Positions 13,497 through 24,500 of a stretch of DNA of 64,000 nt are shown in pieces. The translations under genes and the position numbers were made by a program. The stretch lies in NCBI GenBank assembly GCA_046563655.1, contig CM102290.1:4464001-4528000 (forward strand), in the 5' to 3' direction. The notes below the pieces were generated by a model. That model did not search any database and was not told where the DNA came from. It worked only from the letters and a program-made list of their open reading frames with translations. Source of the stretch: Yuukianura sp. NJ FZ-2021. Taxonomy: Eukaryota. How positions within the stretch are numbered: position 1 is the stretch's first letter; every line of letters starts with the position of its first letter.

Positions 13497-14714
13497 ATGT
13501 CTAAGGCCAAGGCAGGATCAAGTAAAAGGAAAAGGGACGTTGAAGATGACTACACAGGCGGAATTGAAGATGAAATGAACAAGTCTTTACATGGGTCAAA
13601 GAAGAGGAATACAATCGATTCGGATTCGGAAGAAGAGAATGGGGAAGACTATAACAAAACGAAGCACAATGTACTGAGGGATGAAGATATAGAAGGTGTG
13701 TTGGCTTTACTTTTAATTTACAAGATTCTAGGCGGAAACTGAAACTGAATCTAACTGGCGTTAAATTTTGACAAAGGGCAATGGGAACTAGAAGATGGAG
13801 TGGAATTTGACTTGAAAACAAAAGTTACTCCGTTCAACTTGAAGGATGAAATGGAGGAAGGATACTTTGATGGTCAAGGAACTTATGTGTGGAATAAAAA
13901 AGACGGTTCCGAAATCAAGGATAATTGGCTAGATTCTGTGGATTGGTTGAAGGTTGGTCATTTGAAAAAAAAAATCATGCTGAGTTAAGTGTTTTATGTG
14001 GATTTCATGTGCTGTGTACTAACTTTACTCATAAATATTTACATCTAGCTGAAGAAGGAGACAAGTAAAGAAAAAGAGGAACGAGCGAAACTCGATGTGG
14101 ATTCGGATTCGTCTTCGGAGGATGCAGCATTGCTTTCAAATAAGGGGCACACGGAGCCACTGTTCAGAGAATGTTTAACATACATGAAACCCGGTGAAAA
14201 TATCCTAAGGGCCATCAGAAGGCATGGTAAGAACAAAGAATTGGTGAAGGAGATTATATTAAATAAAATTACACCAATTTTGTCTTTGAATATAACATAT
14301 CATATATAAGTTTCTATTACTGTTAAACTAACACATTTTTTAAGGAGGTGGAAAAACATTGTCAGCTTCGGAGCGTCTCAAGCAAAAGAAACTTGCGAAA
14401 CGAATGGGTGAAGAAAATCCTTCGTCAGTGAAGACAGATGATGCTACCTCAGAGAAGTCTCAGCAAGACGCTGTGAATCGAATTACAGAAATTGCGAATA
14501 AGTTTATATCACTTGGGGATATGGACTTCTACCAGGAAACATTTGAAAGTCTGTCACACAAGGTATTAACTTCAATTTATTGCCACTGCTTGTCTTGGTA
14601 ACTTCTAATAAGTAATTTCTTTTACAGATTGAATGTTTTAACAAAATATTGGGAGCCCCACAAAAACCAGAATCCACCGCCGCTGGGGGGTTTGACATGT
14701 TTTCCGACGATTAG
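13497..14714 (+). CDS. CD2BP2: CD2 antigen cytoplasmic tail-binding protein 2 / U5-52K (Lin1/holn1) homologue, apparently lacking the C-terminal GYF domain
   Basis: Exons ~13497-13695, 13776-13952, 14049-~14243, 14345-14562, 14628-14714. Motifs KRNTIDSDSEE, VTPFNLKDEMEEGYFDGQG, IKDNWLDSVDW, MKPGENILRAIRR, GDMDFYQETFE and FDMFSDD* match CD2BP2. AATAAA at ~14833. Confidence 0.85.
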
Positions 14715-15189
14715 TACACAATGGCGCTTCAGCTATCAACTAATTAGAACTAATACGTGATTTATATTACTGGAAATTTTTCTACGTGGACAATGCTGGA
14801 TTTATTAATATTTTTGCTTTTATTGCCAAGCAAATAAAGACAGGAATAATTCTACTATACATTGTAATTCTGATTGCCATGGCATTTTAGTGCAGTAAAT
14901 TTTGTTGAGTAACACTGAACATTTCAAACTGGAGAAGCGAGCAGAAACAATCACGCCCGACAAGAAGCCAATCACGTTCTCATCGCGCCATTTTGTAATT
15001 TCCTTGCCGTCACGAACTTTTCCACTCCGGCTGTCATCTCATATTTCTTATTCGTTGTTCCCTCTCGCACCAGGTACGCCATCTTTACTTCGCTCGTATC
15101 TCACAAGCTGGTGATCCATTCGATGACCACTCTTTCGTACAATCTTATTTTTCAAAAGTTTATGTCGTAATTTATACGTTTTGTTTTAG

Positions 15190-17409
15190 ATGTCGTCATA
15201 CGACGATGAGGACACAACGGAATCCGAAATGGAGCAACTTTACCGCTTCTACCATACTTCAAAGCCACAAGCCAACCCTACCAAAAGTTCAAGCTCTTCA
15301 ACATCTCCATCACCGCCTGCTTCGCGTTCGTCGTCAACATCATCATCATGTGACCACGGCGACCGATGGAAGTTGCGGTGCAAGCCGCCTCAACTCAATC
15401 TTTTGAAGCAGTTGCCGTCCGACAAGAACTCCGGCAGAGTCTGTCAAAACGAACAAAGCACTTCTCAACCTAAACAGCTTGAAAACAATTATCTGAGTCA
15501 TAAAGTGCTGTCAGACATGTACTCTCGTGGCTTTTCCCAGAATATCCGCCTCGATACCGAACACAAACAGCCTGAACTCCGCTATCCGAGCCACCCATTG
15601 CTGCCAGACAAGAACTCCGGTAGAGCCTTTCAGAACAACCAAAACACTACTCAACCCAAGCAGCTTGAAAACAATTATGCGAGTCATCCATTGCTGTCAC
15701 AAATGTACTCTCATGGCTTGCCCCAGAATATGAGTCTCGATGCTGAACCCGACAAGCCAGAACTTCGTTTCCCGAGCCATCAATTACTATCACACAAAGA
15801 CTCCCCCTGCTTGTACCGGGATACCCGCCTGGAAGCTGAACCCAAGCATTGTGAACTGAATTACCCAAGCCACCAACTACTGTCTAGCACGGACTCCCGC
15901 GGCGTGCACCAGAATATCCGCGTCGCCACCGAATCCGAACATACCCAACCTAAGCTCAGGCATCCGAGCCTGCAATTGCTGTCGGACAAGGACTTCCTCG
16001 GGAGGTGCCAGAATATCCGCCTCGATACTGAACCCGACCAGCCTGAACTCAGTTATTCCAGTCACCAATTACTTTTTGACAAGGACTCCAGTGGTTCATA
16101 CCAAAATGTCTACAACGCTACTGGCCAGTACACAAAGGATCACACTTCGAGCGTCCAGGTTCAGAACGATCATTGTCGCAGTGACCAGAACCAGGACTAT
16201 TATTCTGTCGTCCAGCGGAAAGGCCGCACCTGTGAAGCTCAGCTCCAAGTAGACGCCACCTCCAGTCAACGGCACAAATTTCCATGCGATCAATGCCAGA
16301 AAAAGAAGCACATTCGCGTAAAGCAGCACCATTCAAACCATGTCTCCGGTGATCAGTGCCAGAAGTACACAACGGGCGAGAAAGAAAACATGCCCAACAA
16401 CACTTATGACCTCAATGACCCACAAAAAAGCAGTACAAACATCCGTTGGATGGAAGGCCCACAACAAGTCGAAGCGACATTGCGACAGAAATCTGATTCC
16501 ACTCCACTTGTGAAAGCCAAACAAGCAATAAGTCCACCGTCGCCGGAACTAATTCATGCCGTGAACGACATGGCCGCTTTGTTCACACCCCGCAATAACC
16601 TCCGCCGTACCGCTGGCGACGGAGGTTCCGAACCTGCGATTCCAAACAATCCAGAAATTGTGACGAATGCAATCCAGAAACCGCGACGACGACGAAGCAG
16701 TCCGGTCAGGTTCGAGCTTCCGCCAAATCGACGTTCATTGAGCCCTCCTCTTATCTGGCAGACGACCGAAAAAGCCGTACAAGAATCACAGGCACGGGCA
16801 AAAATGAAAGCATTAGGACTGTTACCAGACGAGTTGCACACCGAAGAAGCCAATCTCGAGATGTCAGAACCAGAGGTTGTGTCCAGCATTCCAAAATTGC
16901 CCCCTCTTCAACCAGGGAGGTCAAAGGTCCAAGTAGAACAAAAAGGTTCAAACAGCAGTCAAGGCCAACGCCAACAGCTGACAAGGCTTGAGAAATCAGA
17001 GTTGAATAAGCAACACAGCCACTTGCGTTTACCAATGATCGATGACCCACTGGATACATGGCAGCCCCACATTCCATTTGAAGAGTCAGCCCAGCAACAA
17101 CATGGTCGCCACAATGCCAGGGTCTATCCACGTCGTATTGTTCCGCCCACCGACCTACCACCGTGTCTGTTGACTGAACCAATGCGTTTCCGTCCTGTCT
17201 TCATGAAACCGTCGAAGCCAGGGATTGTTCCTGCTCGTCCGCCGCTGGCTGCGCAGACGAACCCACCTCCTGCCAGAAAACTTGCACGGAAAGATCTTCC
17301 GCGACATCTTCTTCTGGGAAACTTCAAGCCGAATCGTGGTGCCCCTGCTCCAATGCGTCCGTCAGCGCGAGCTTTGCATTGCCTGAAACGTGAAAAGATG
17401 TGGAGGTAG
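15190..17409 (+). CDS. Orphan 739-aa Ser/Pro/Gln/His-rich, probably disordered protein with internal 31-aa tandem repeats; coding region intronless
   Basis: 2220-bp open frame, more GC-rich than its flanks. The ATG directly follows a ttttag acceptor, with a candidate 5'UTR donor cag|gtacgc at ~15073. AATAAA at ~17522. No domain recognised. Confidence 0.8.
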   Translation: MSSYDDEDTTESEMEQLYRFYHTSKPQANPTKSSSSSTSPSPPASRSSSTSSSCDHGDRWKLRCKPPQLNLLKQLPSDKNSGRVCQNEQSTSQPKQLENNYLSHKVLSDMYSRGFSQNIRLDTEHKQPELRYPSHPLLPDKNSGRAFQNNQNTTQPKQLENNYASHPLLSQMYSHGLPQNMSLDAEPDKPELRFPSHQLLSHKDSPCLYRDTRLEAEPKHCELNYPSHQLLSSTDSRGVHQNIRVATESEHTQPKLRHPSLQLLSDKDFLGRCQNIRLDTEPDQPELSYSSHQLLFDKDSSGSYQNVYNATGQYTKDHTSSVQVQNDHCRSDQNQDYYSVVQRKGRTCEAQLQVDATSSQRHKFPCDQCQKKKHIRVKQHHSNHVSGDQCQKYTTGEKENMPNNTYDLNDPQKSSTNIRWMEGPQQVEATLRQKSDSTPLVKAKQAISPPSPELIHAVNDMAALFTPRNNLRRTAGDGGSEPAIPNNPEIVTNAIQKPRRRRSSPVRFELPPNRRSLSPPLIWQTTEKAVQESQARAKMKALGLLPDELHTEEANLEMSEPEVVSSIPKLPPLQPGRSKVQVEQKGSNSSQGQRQQLTRLEKSELNKQHSHLRLPMIDDPLDTWQPHIPFEESAQQQHGRHNARVYPRRIVPPTDLPPCLLTEPMRFRPVFMKPSKPGIVPARPPLAAQTNPPPARKLARKDLPRHLLLGNFKPNRGAPAPMRPSARALHCLKREKMWR
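15415..16110 (+). repeat. Coding tandem repeat, about 7.5 copies of a 93-bp (31-aa) unit
   Basis: Consensus approximately LSDKDSxGxxQNIRLDTEPxQPELxYPSHQL. gacaagaactccgg recurs at 15421 and 15607 (186 bp apart), showing a two-unit higher-order duplication. Confidence 0.9.
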
Positions 17410-18520
17410 CCGAAGTCTTATCTCTCACGCAACATTTTCATTTTCACACAAGACGCATTCATCATCACTCAAAATTCTTGTTTGAACATAACAATTCACT
17501 GAATCCTTCAACTAATGGCAAAATAAATAGTTCAAAGTCTCAATTTTAAATACTTTTATGTGTTTGGTAGCTTGTCTCATGGGAAAATGCTTACGTATAC
17601 TAAATACTAAAATACATAGTGATTTGTATAACGTTGGTAGTTATAAAAGACAACGAGAAGCTAGACATAAGTGACATTTACATTGGATATGTTTTATTAA
17701 CTTTTAATAATCAATGTAATTAACTAAGATGTAATTTTTTGTACAACTGTGTATGTAATGTTAACTTAAGTTTTGGATTTGTCTGCAGACATATTTGTTC
17801 TTAGTAAGGGAAGATGAAAACTTGCTTGGAACTTTAATCAGCACAATGTTAATTAGCCGATTCACAACAAATATGGGAATTTCTATTGTGTTAATGGTTG
17901 TCCGCGTACTTTTTAACTCAATCAGCGCAACAATGTCAACAATGCGTTCCTGGCCCTTCAATTCTGTCAAATTGCGTAAGTCATTTGAGGGTTCCTCCTT
18001 TGAAACTTCTCAATAGAATTACAATTTAATACAAGACAATTGTAGCTTTTCAAACAAAGGGGTCAAGCACACAATAGGGTACAAAGTACTACGTGTCTCT
18101 AACTATGCTTCCGTTGAAATACGTATGTTTGTTCTGGGTACGTCATATATTTTATAAAACTTATAGCAGATATTAATCTGTTGGTTGGATGATGTGCGGT
18201 ATTTCGTTCTTTTTCTACTTAACGAAGTGTTAGACTAGCAATGATGTGCAATGGTTACTTGATTATAAATAATTAAGACAAAGGTCAGTCATTTTTTCCG
18301 AAGGTACAGGAGGTCATTGAAACAGTTCACTCGTTGTCATGCTTAAGCCTTACATCAGTTACGTTCTCTTATAAAATCGTAGGGTGTGAATCACTATACA
18401 ACTAAATTCAGAAGCAAAAATAGTGCGGCTTCCATTTTTATGTTCCAGCGAATAATGAGAAGTCGTAACTAGAAGTCAGCCACAAATTTCAGCGACAGCC
18501 TTTTTCCGTATGTTGAATTT

Positions 18521-21500
18521 TTATGAAGCGTCACTCTGTGGTGATTCTGATATAATTGTCCACTGATTCATGTTCGCCTCTGCTCCGTCGCGCATAACAT
18601 GGAAACGTGGATTCAAAGTTGTCAGGGCCTGTAACAAAACAGTTCCAAAGTCAAGTACGTTTCAGAAATTTAGAAAAAGCGACTTCCAGCTAGAGCAACT
18701 ATGTAGTAACTTAGTAACTGTAAGAGCAACTATGCAAAGAAGAAAATTTTTGGGATTTACAAAACGGAGAAAGCTTTAGACGGTTTGGTTTGATCCAAGT
18801 AAAAACTTAAGTTTATTAATTTAAGCTATTCTTACATTGTAAAGTGGGAGACAAATGTCAGTGACCCAACGTATTTGGAGTTGTGGCAGTTCATGTTCCC
18901 GCTCCCTGTCCATGGATGCTGGTGGTGTAATTTGAAGTTGCTTTCTCTCCTGGTCACCCTTTCACAACCCAAAATAAAACAAGCAGTTAGCTTTGATTTA
19001 CAAGCCTAAGCTCAAAGGGCCAAATCCGAAGAACTACTTTCCCAATTTGTCTAAACTGTCTTGTCTTGTTCCCAGGACTTTCCGCTCCAAACCAAACTCC
19101 GTCTCTCTCTCTCATCCAATTTGAGTGACAGTAAGTGTACTTTATTTTTTTGCAAAAGAGAAAGCAGATCCTTGTCATTTTCTAAGGATTAGGAGTCCGC
19201 AGAGACAGTCCTTGAAAACAATGATAGATAGCATTCTGATGCTAGAGGGGATAAGCAGGAAGAGGGAGCGTATGCTCAACTTCTCATTTTGGACTTTGAC
19301 CTTTCAGTTCCACTGTACTTTAAGGTAGTTTACTATGACAAATAATGTCAAGAATCCTTATTTACTTGTTATTGGACAGATTCGACGTGAGTGGAATAAG
19401 GGATGAATGCGTACAATAGAAAGTGGAACGAACACATTCAGCTTCAAAAATTCCGAGTTTTTCCTTTCACTGACAAAGTTGAGCCAATATGAGAAGACTC
19501 AAGTTCATTTTTTTTTGGTGCTAAAGCAAGATCAAACGGAAATGAAATTGCTGATGAAAATAATGGACCAAATTCTGTATCATCTTCATATTCATCTTTA
19601 ACACCAACTTTCACCCTCTCGAGTTAGGGCTATGTTTGGGACTAAAATACTTAACAACGATACCAACTTAGAATGAAATTACGCTTTGAATTTGATTTTT
19701 ACCCAATTCAGTTTCTATTTCAAAAGTTTAGAAAAAAAGAAAGCTTCGCATCTATTATTACTACTTCTATGAAACGTGCTGCACATGCTATGCTTGCTGT
19801 TCAGTCGTCCTACTAAAAGTGATTTTAACTATAAGCGTATGTACTTCTAAAGGATCCCTTCCAAAACTTCAATTCAAAGACTCCTATTACATACAAAACA
19901 CAAAATACCCACTGTTTCCAGAATTCGTTTGACATTGAGGGTCTAGAATTTCCGGCGGGCTTCGTTTTTTAATTCAACTTTCTCAACCAATTTGCATCGA
20001 ATCTTGGAGTTTTCCAAGAAACAAGAGTTTGTTATCTTTCGGATTTTTTCCCCAAGATCTCCCGGCGCCTCAGAACTAAACCCCGGCAAGTGGCAACATT
20101 TGCATGCGTAGCTCAATTTAAAAAAATGAGTAAGGATTTCGCAGAATTTATGCTTATGAATCATAAGTTATGATCAATGCATAATCAAAACAATAATAAA
20201 CAAACCAAAATCAAATCCACAATTATTTGAATAAATTTTTCAAAAAATGTGAGATTTAATTTACAGAGTTGATGAATTAAGAGACTAAATTGATTCACCC
20301 TTCCGTTTTGAGTTTCAAGTTTATAGAGGTTTCACGACTTAATGAAATTCCGTCCCGTGTGAAAACGATTTGTAAAAGCCGTAGATTACTACACGATTAT
20401 TCTTCCTACTCATTCAGCCGAGTAATTTTAGGATTGCAAGTAAAATGCACTCCTCAGTAGAAATTGTGAAACGGGAGGGTTCGAAAATGTAATTAAGATA
20501 GCATGAAGGACCAATTCGGATTTTATGGGGAGTGTGACCCAGATTCAGTGTCTATCAAACGCTGGAGCTGCATCAGACGACCATAGGACTTTCCCACTTC
20601 CGTCTAATTTCCACTACGCCTTTGTTTTTGGCTCCCCTAATGCCAATTTGTAATTTTGCAATTTCGCAGAAACCTATTAGGACTTCCTGTCCTAAAATGA
20701 GTCGGAGAACGCCAAATTGGATTTACCTGTGCAAAAAATTCAGCCGTGACAAGCTCGGCTACCCGTCGCTGGACGGACCACGGCTTTGTGGATGCTGCCA
20801 AATCAGACGCAGTCATTAACATACACCGCAGAACTTCACGTTGACCTTCATCGTCCCAACTGTAGTTGCCACATTCCACGAGGTCAAAAAACAATGCCCG
20901 TTTTCTAAAAGTAAAAAAAAAGAGTGATGCTTGAAATTTCACTTTTTGATTATTATCAGAAGTGTTAGAAGCAACAACACTTTGAAAGGTCTCTGGAACT
21001 TTCAAGGTTCTTGACGTTTTTTTTTAAATTGTTTTTGAACTTGTAGGTTAAGGTAAGAGTAAACGTTTACAATGGGCCTAAAGCACCTTGATTTTATTGA
21101 ACTTACTTGAAATAAACAGTGAGATCAGTGGCCAAAATGCACTGCTTCAAAACGTTCATAACTCTGGAGTAATTTTCAGAACCAAGGCCCGAGAAGATGT
21201 TGTGGCCCTGGAAGGCGCAAGAGAAAAAACAACTTGTCTTTAAGCAAACTCTGCAACGCTTCCTTCCGTCACTGTCAATTTGCCAAAATGTTTTTCGAAA
21301 AACAAATCAACCGTGACACCCTTACCTCACTATTGATTATCATAACAGCATGATTAAAATGATGATGCTCCATTGTATTTTGAGTTCCATATAACATTGC
21401 CAAAGCAGATCCAGTCCTGGTCATAATCAAAAATCAACAAAGGATTTTCAATTACCAGAAAAGAAAATTACATTTCATAAAGGTCAGAATTTTTTGAGAG

Positions 21501-24500
21501 AAATCGAAAAACACCCTAACTTAAAATTGAATCCTCCGATGGAAAAATACTGCGAAAGAGTTGTAACCGATCTTTTGAAAATTTGAAATACAGTGTTTAT
21601 CAGTGACGCTCAAAGAAATTTCCTGTAGCATTATGTTCTTCGTATGTTTTATAGTTGACGATGTTCATATAGAAAGAGCAAAGGCGGGAAATTATTAGAG
21701 TGAAATTTAATATTTGAATCGTTTTCCAACAGTCATTCCTTGACTTACGAAAGAATAATAGCTGACAGTGGGCCTTATGCCAAGATTTAGAAATTTTCAG
21801 TTCTTTAGGATTCGTTTTGGGTTTACGTTAGTCAAGTTTTTGTGTCAGTTAATAAGATATAGAAATGACGACATGTTTGAAAAAATTAAAATGCAGAAGT
21901 GTCTAAAGATTGCGAGGTCTTCATAAGCTTTCCCTGATTTCCATTTTAAACTTTCCCTTTTCTATTGGGTCCAATCACTTAACTGGAGCAAAGGACAAAA
22001 TTCCAACTTTTCCTGTTGAGTAACTCCACAATATGAAGTAAAAGTGACGATTCCAAATTTTTCCTTAGGCACACGACATTCTTCATTCACCATAAGTTTT
22101 TCTTTTTTAACCAAAACGCTCATGACCATATGCCTTTTCATCCTAATCTTCCAAGAAGTACTGAACCGAGGAGGATTTGGATCTGCTGGAACGAAGCCAA
22201 AAACCTCTAAAATACTTTAGGTCTCTGTTCAAAAAGTTTCACCAAAAGAATCTCAAAGCGGTAGTGCCTACACGAGGTCGTGGTTAGAGAAATGATTCTA
22301 AAATGGTGGTAAGAATTTGGAAAACTTTTCCTCCTTCATTAGTCGAGTATCTTTTGACATCATTTTCTTTTGTTTCCGCGCTTCTTGTATAGAAAGATCT
22401 CATGTGTCACTATTAATTTTAAGGTGCGCTTTCACCGCTTCAGCTTTCTTTTTTGAAAATTGACCGCTCTTGTACTATTACTGTTCAACTGGGTCTGAGA
22501 AAAGCAAAAGTTGGTTCAAATTTCTAAAACTCTGTGTAAAAAGAGGCGGCGACAGGGGCTGAGAGTTATTGTAGCCCGGAATAAAAGAAATGGCCATGGA
22601 ATTGGACTCGTGCGTCTTCCTAAGGTCTCCTAAGTACCTCTTCAGTTTTCATCAAGACATTCTCCTAAGCGACTACTTGTGTTCCATTAGGAGTGGGGCG
22701 AGGGGGATTCAAATCCGAAAATACCATGGACACTACTTTCCCGCGCCTGCTATCAAAAGAAAAAAAAACAGTGGAACTGCTATGACTACGTTTCCTTCCT
22801 GTTTAATCTGGACACAGTATCTGTTTGCCTCCAGGGCAGATCATGTTCTACGATTTCCTAATTGCTTTGGAACTGGTTCGTCTCTAGGCCATGTCCAGTA
22901 CTTTTCAAATTAGAAATTGGAGAAAGCGAAGAAAGTCAACGTCTGTCAAAGTATGTTCCTAACGCACTCTCTCTATCATTCTCAACTTTTTTCTTCTTCT
23001 ATCGCGGTCTCAAGTCAAACGTATGTCACCAGCCGCTACTTTTGTATTTTCTTATCGAAATCAAATGTGCCTGGACCATTCCTTTCTTCTCACTTGAAAC
23101 CTGACCTTCTGTTTGTCTTTCGTTTCCGTCGTCAACGTCCAATTTCATTCAAGTCGAAGATGACTTTTGGCTTCCTTGGTCTATTCAATACGGTTGGGAG
23201 AAAAAGTTCGTACTTTGGGACAAGGCGACTGTTTTTCGTCACCAACGTTTGAAATGCTTCAATATACGGAAGTTTCGAAGGAATGAGAATGTTAAGCTAT
23301 TGTGTACTTTTTCTCGAGCTGCTTCTGTCGTCAGTGGACACTGTACGGGTAGTCGTGAGTTAACTCAACAGGAATCTTGAACTTGTGTTTGAATTTTCAA
23401 AGTTAAACGGTGTCTAGAGTCAGGGTCATGTGGCGTGGGCGGAGTAGAGGGGAAGCGTTTCATTGTGGAAGTAAATGGGAAACTTCCCGCCGTTTTTGAG
23501 CTAAGCTTTCCCAATGCCTGCTAAGAGAGAAAGCACTTACTTGGCTTGGAATGAATTATTCGTTCCACGGTGGTCCAGATCATGACAGAGACAAGCCACG
23601 AACATGGCAAACACTTCAAGCTCCGTAAACGTATCTTTCATTTCACAACTCTACAAAAAAAGTAAAAAACGAAATATGGTCTTGTCTTTAGTAAAAAAAC
23701 ATCGATGGATATAGCATGTGAAGTTTAGTTCATAATTAAGCTGGATTATAATTTACTAATTAAAATTTTGGAATAATTTTACTTCAGAAATTGAAAAACA
23801 AAGCACCCTAAGTTAGTTCAAGTTTGTAACTATTTTTGAACATGCGAACACATTTCTTACCGTTAAAACTGCGAACATGACCTGAGCAACGTTGAAGGCG
23901 TGTCGCCAGTTGTGGTAAGGAACAGTCCTATAATTCTTTTGTACCGTGAGCAACCATCGCACCAAAGTCTATCAACGGAAAACACGCAAACAAAAATTCG
24001 GTGACAACAGTATCAAAATTTTGAATTCAAATTTAAAAAAAAATTCACAGTAATATGGTATTTAATAAGGAGGTAGGAAACCCTTTCTAGCAAGTTGGTG
24101 GGAAAGTCAGTCTTTTCACGTAAGATCGAGCACCATGGCGGGAAATTTGAAAAATACTGAAGACTTGTGTACTAGTGTGTGTGTGGCGTCGAACAAAACA
24201 TTTCTCGTTTAAAAAGTTCAAAAGCTGAAAATACTTTTCTAAAAAGTTACTTTTAAAAACCTACTTTTGTAAGCTTCAATGAAAGTCTTGGGGGATTTGT
24301 GTGCAATGTGTAAGAAGCAGAGTTTTGGACCAATAATTAAATTTTGTTGGACTTGTCAATTGTACAACACTACCAAGGTGTAAGTTCGAGGAGGCCCAGA
24401 AACATTTTTTAATTTACGTCTCTTGAAAAGTTTTTTTTTTGTAAAAGTTTATAAAAAGAAAAATTTTTTAGAGTAAACTTTCTCTGCAGCAGTACTCACC

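Noticed and set aside
13858..13870. GYF tripeptide (EEGYFD) in CD2BP2 as the GYF domain
   Set aside because: It corresponds to the N-terminal EEG(H/Y)FD block of CD2BP2, not the C-terminal GYF fold.
15206..17327. Many alternative-frame and antisense ORFs over the 739-aa gene
   Set aside because: Shadow ORFs expected from a GC-richer coding region.
20520..20620. gggaaagtcc on the minus strand resembling RNase P/MRP CR-I
   Set aside because: No complementary CR-V/P4 partner was found nearby.
22590..23252. ORFs of 80-111 aa in a PDE intron
   Set aside because: Low-complexity, Phe/Ser-rich translations of AT-rich intron with stops in the alternative frames; no domain recognised.
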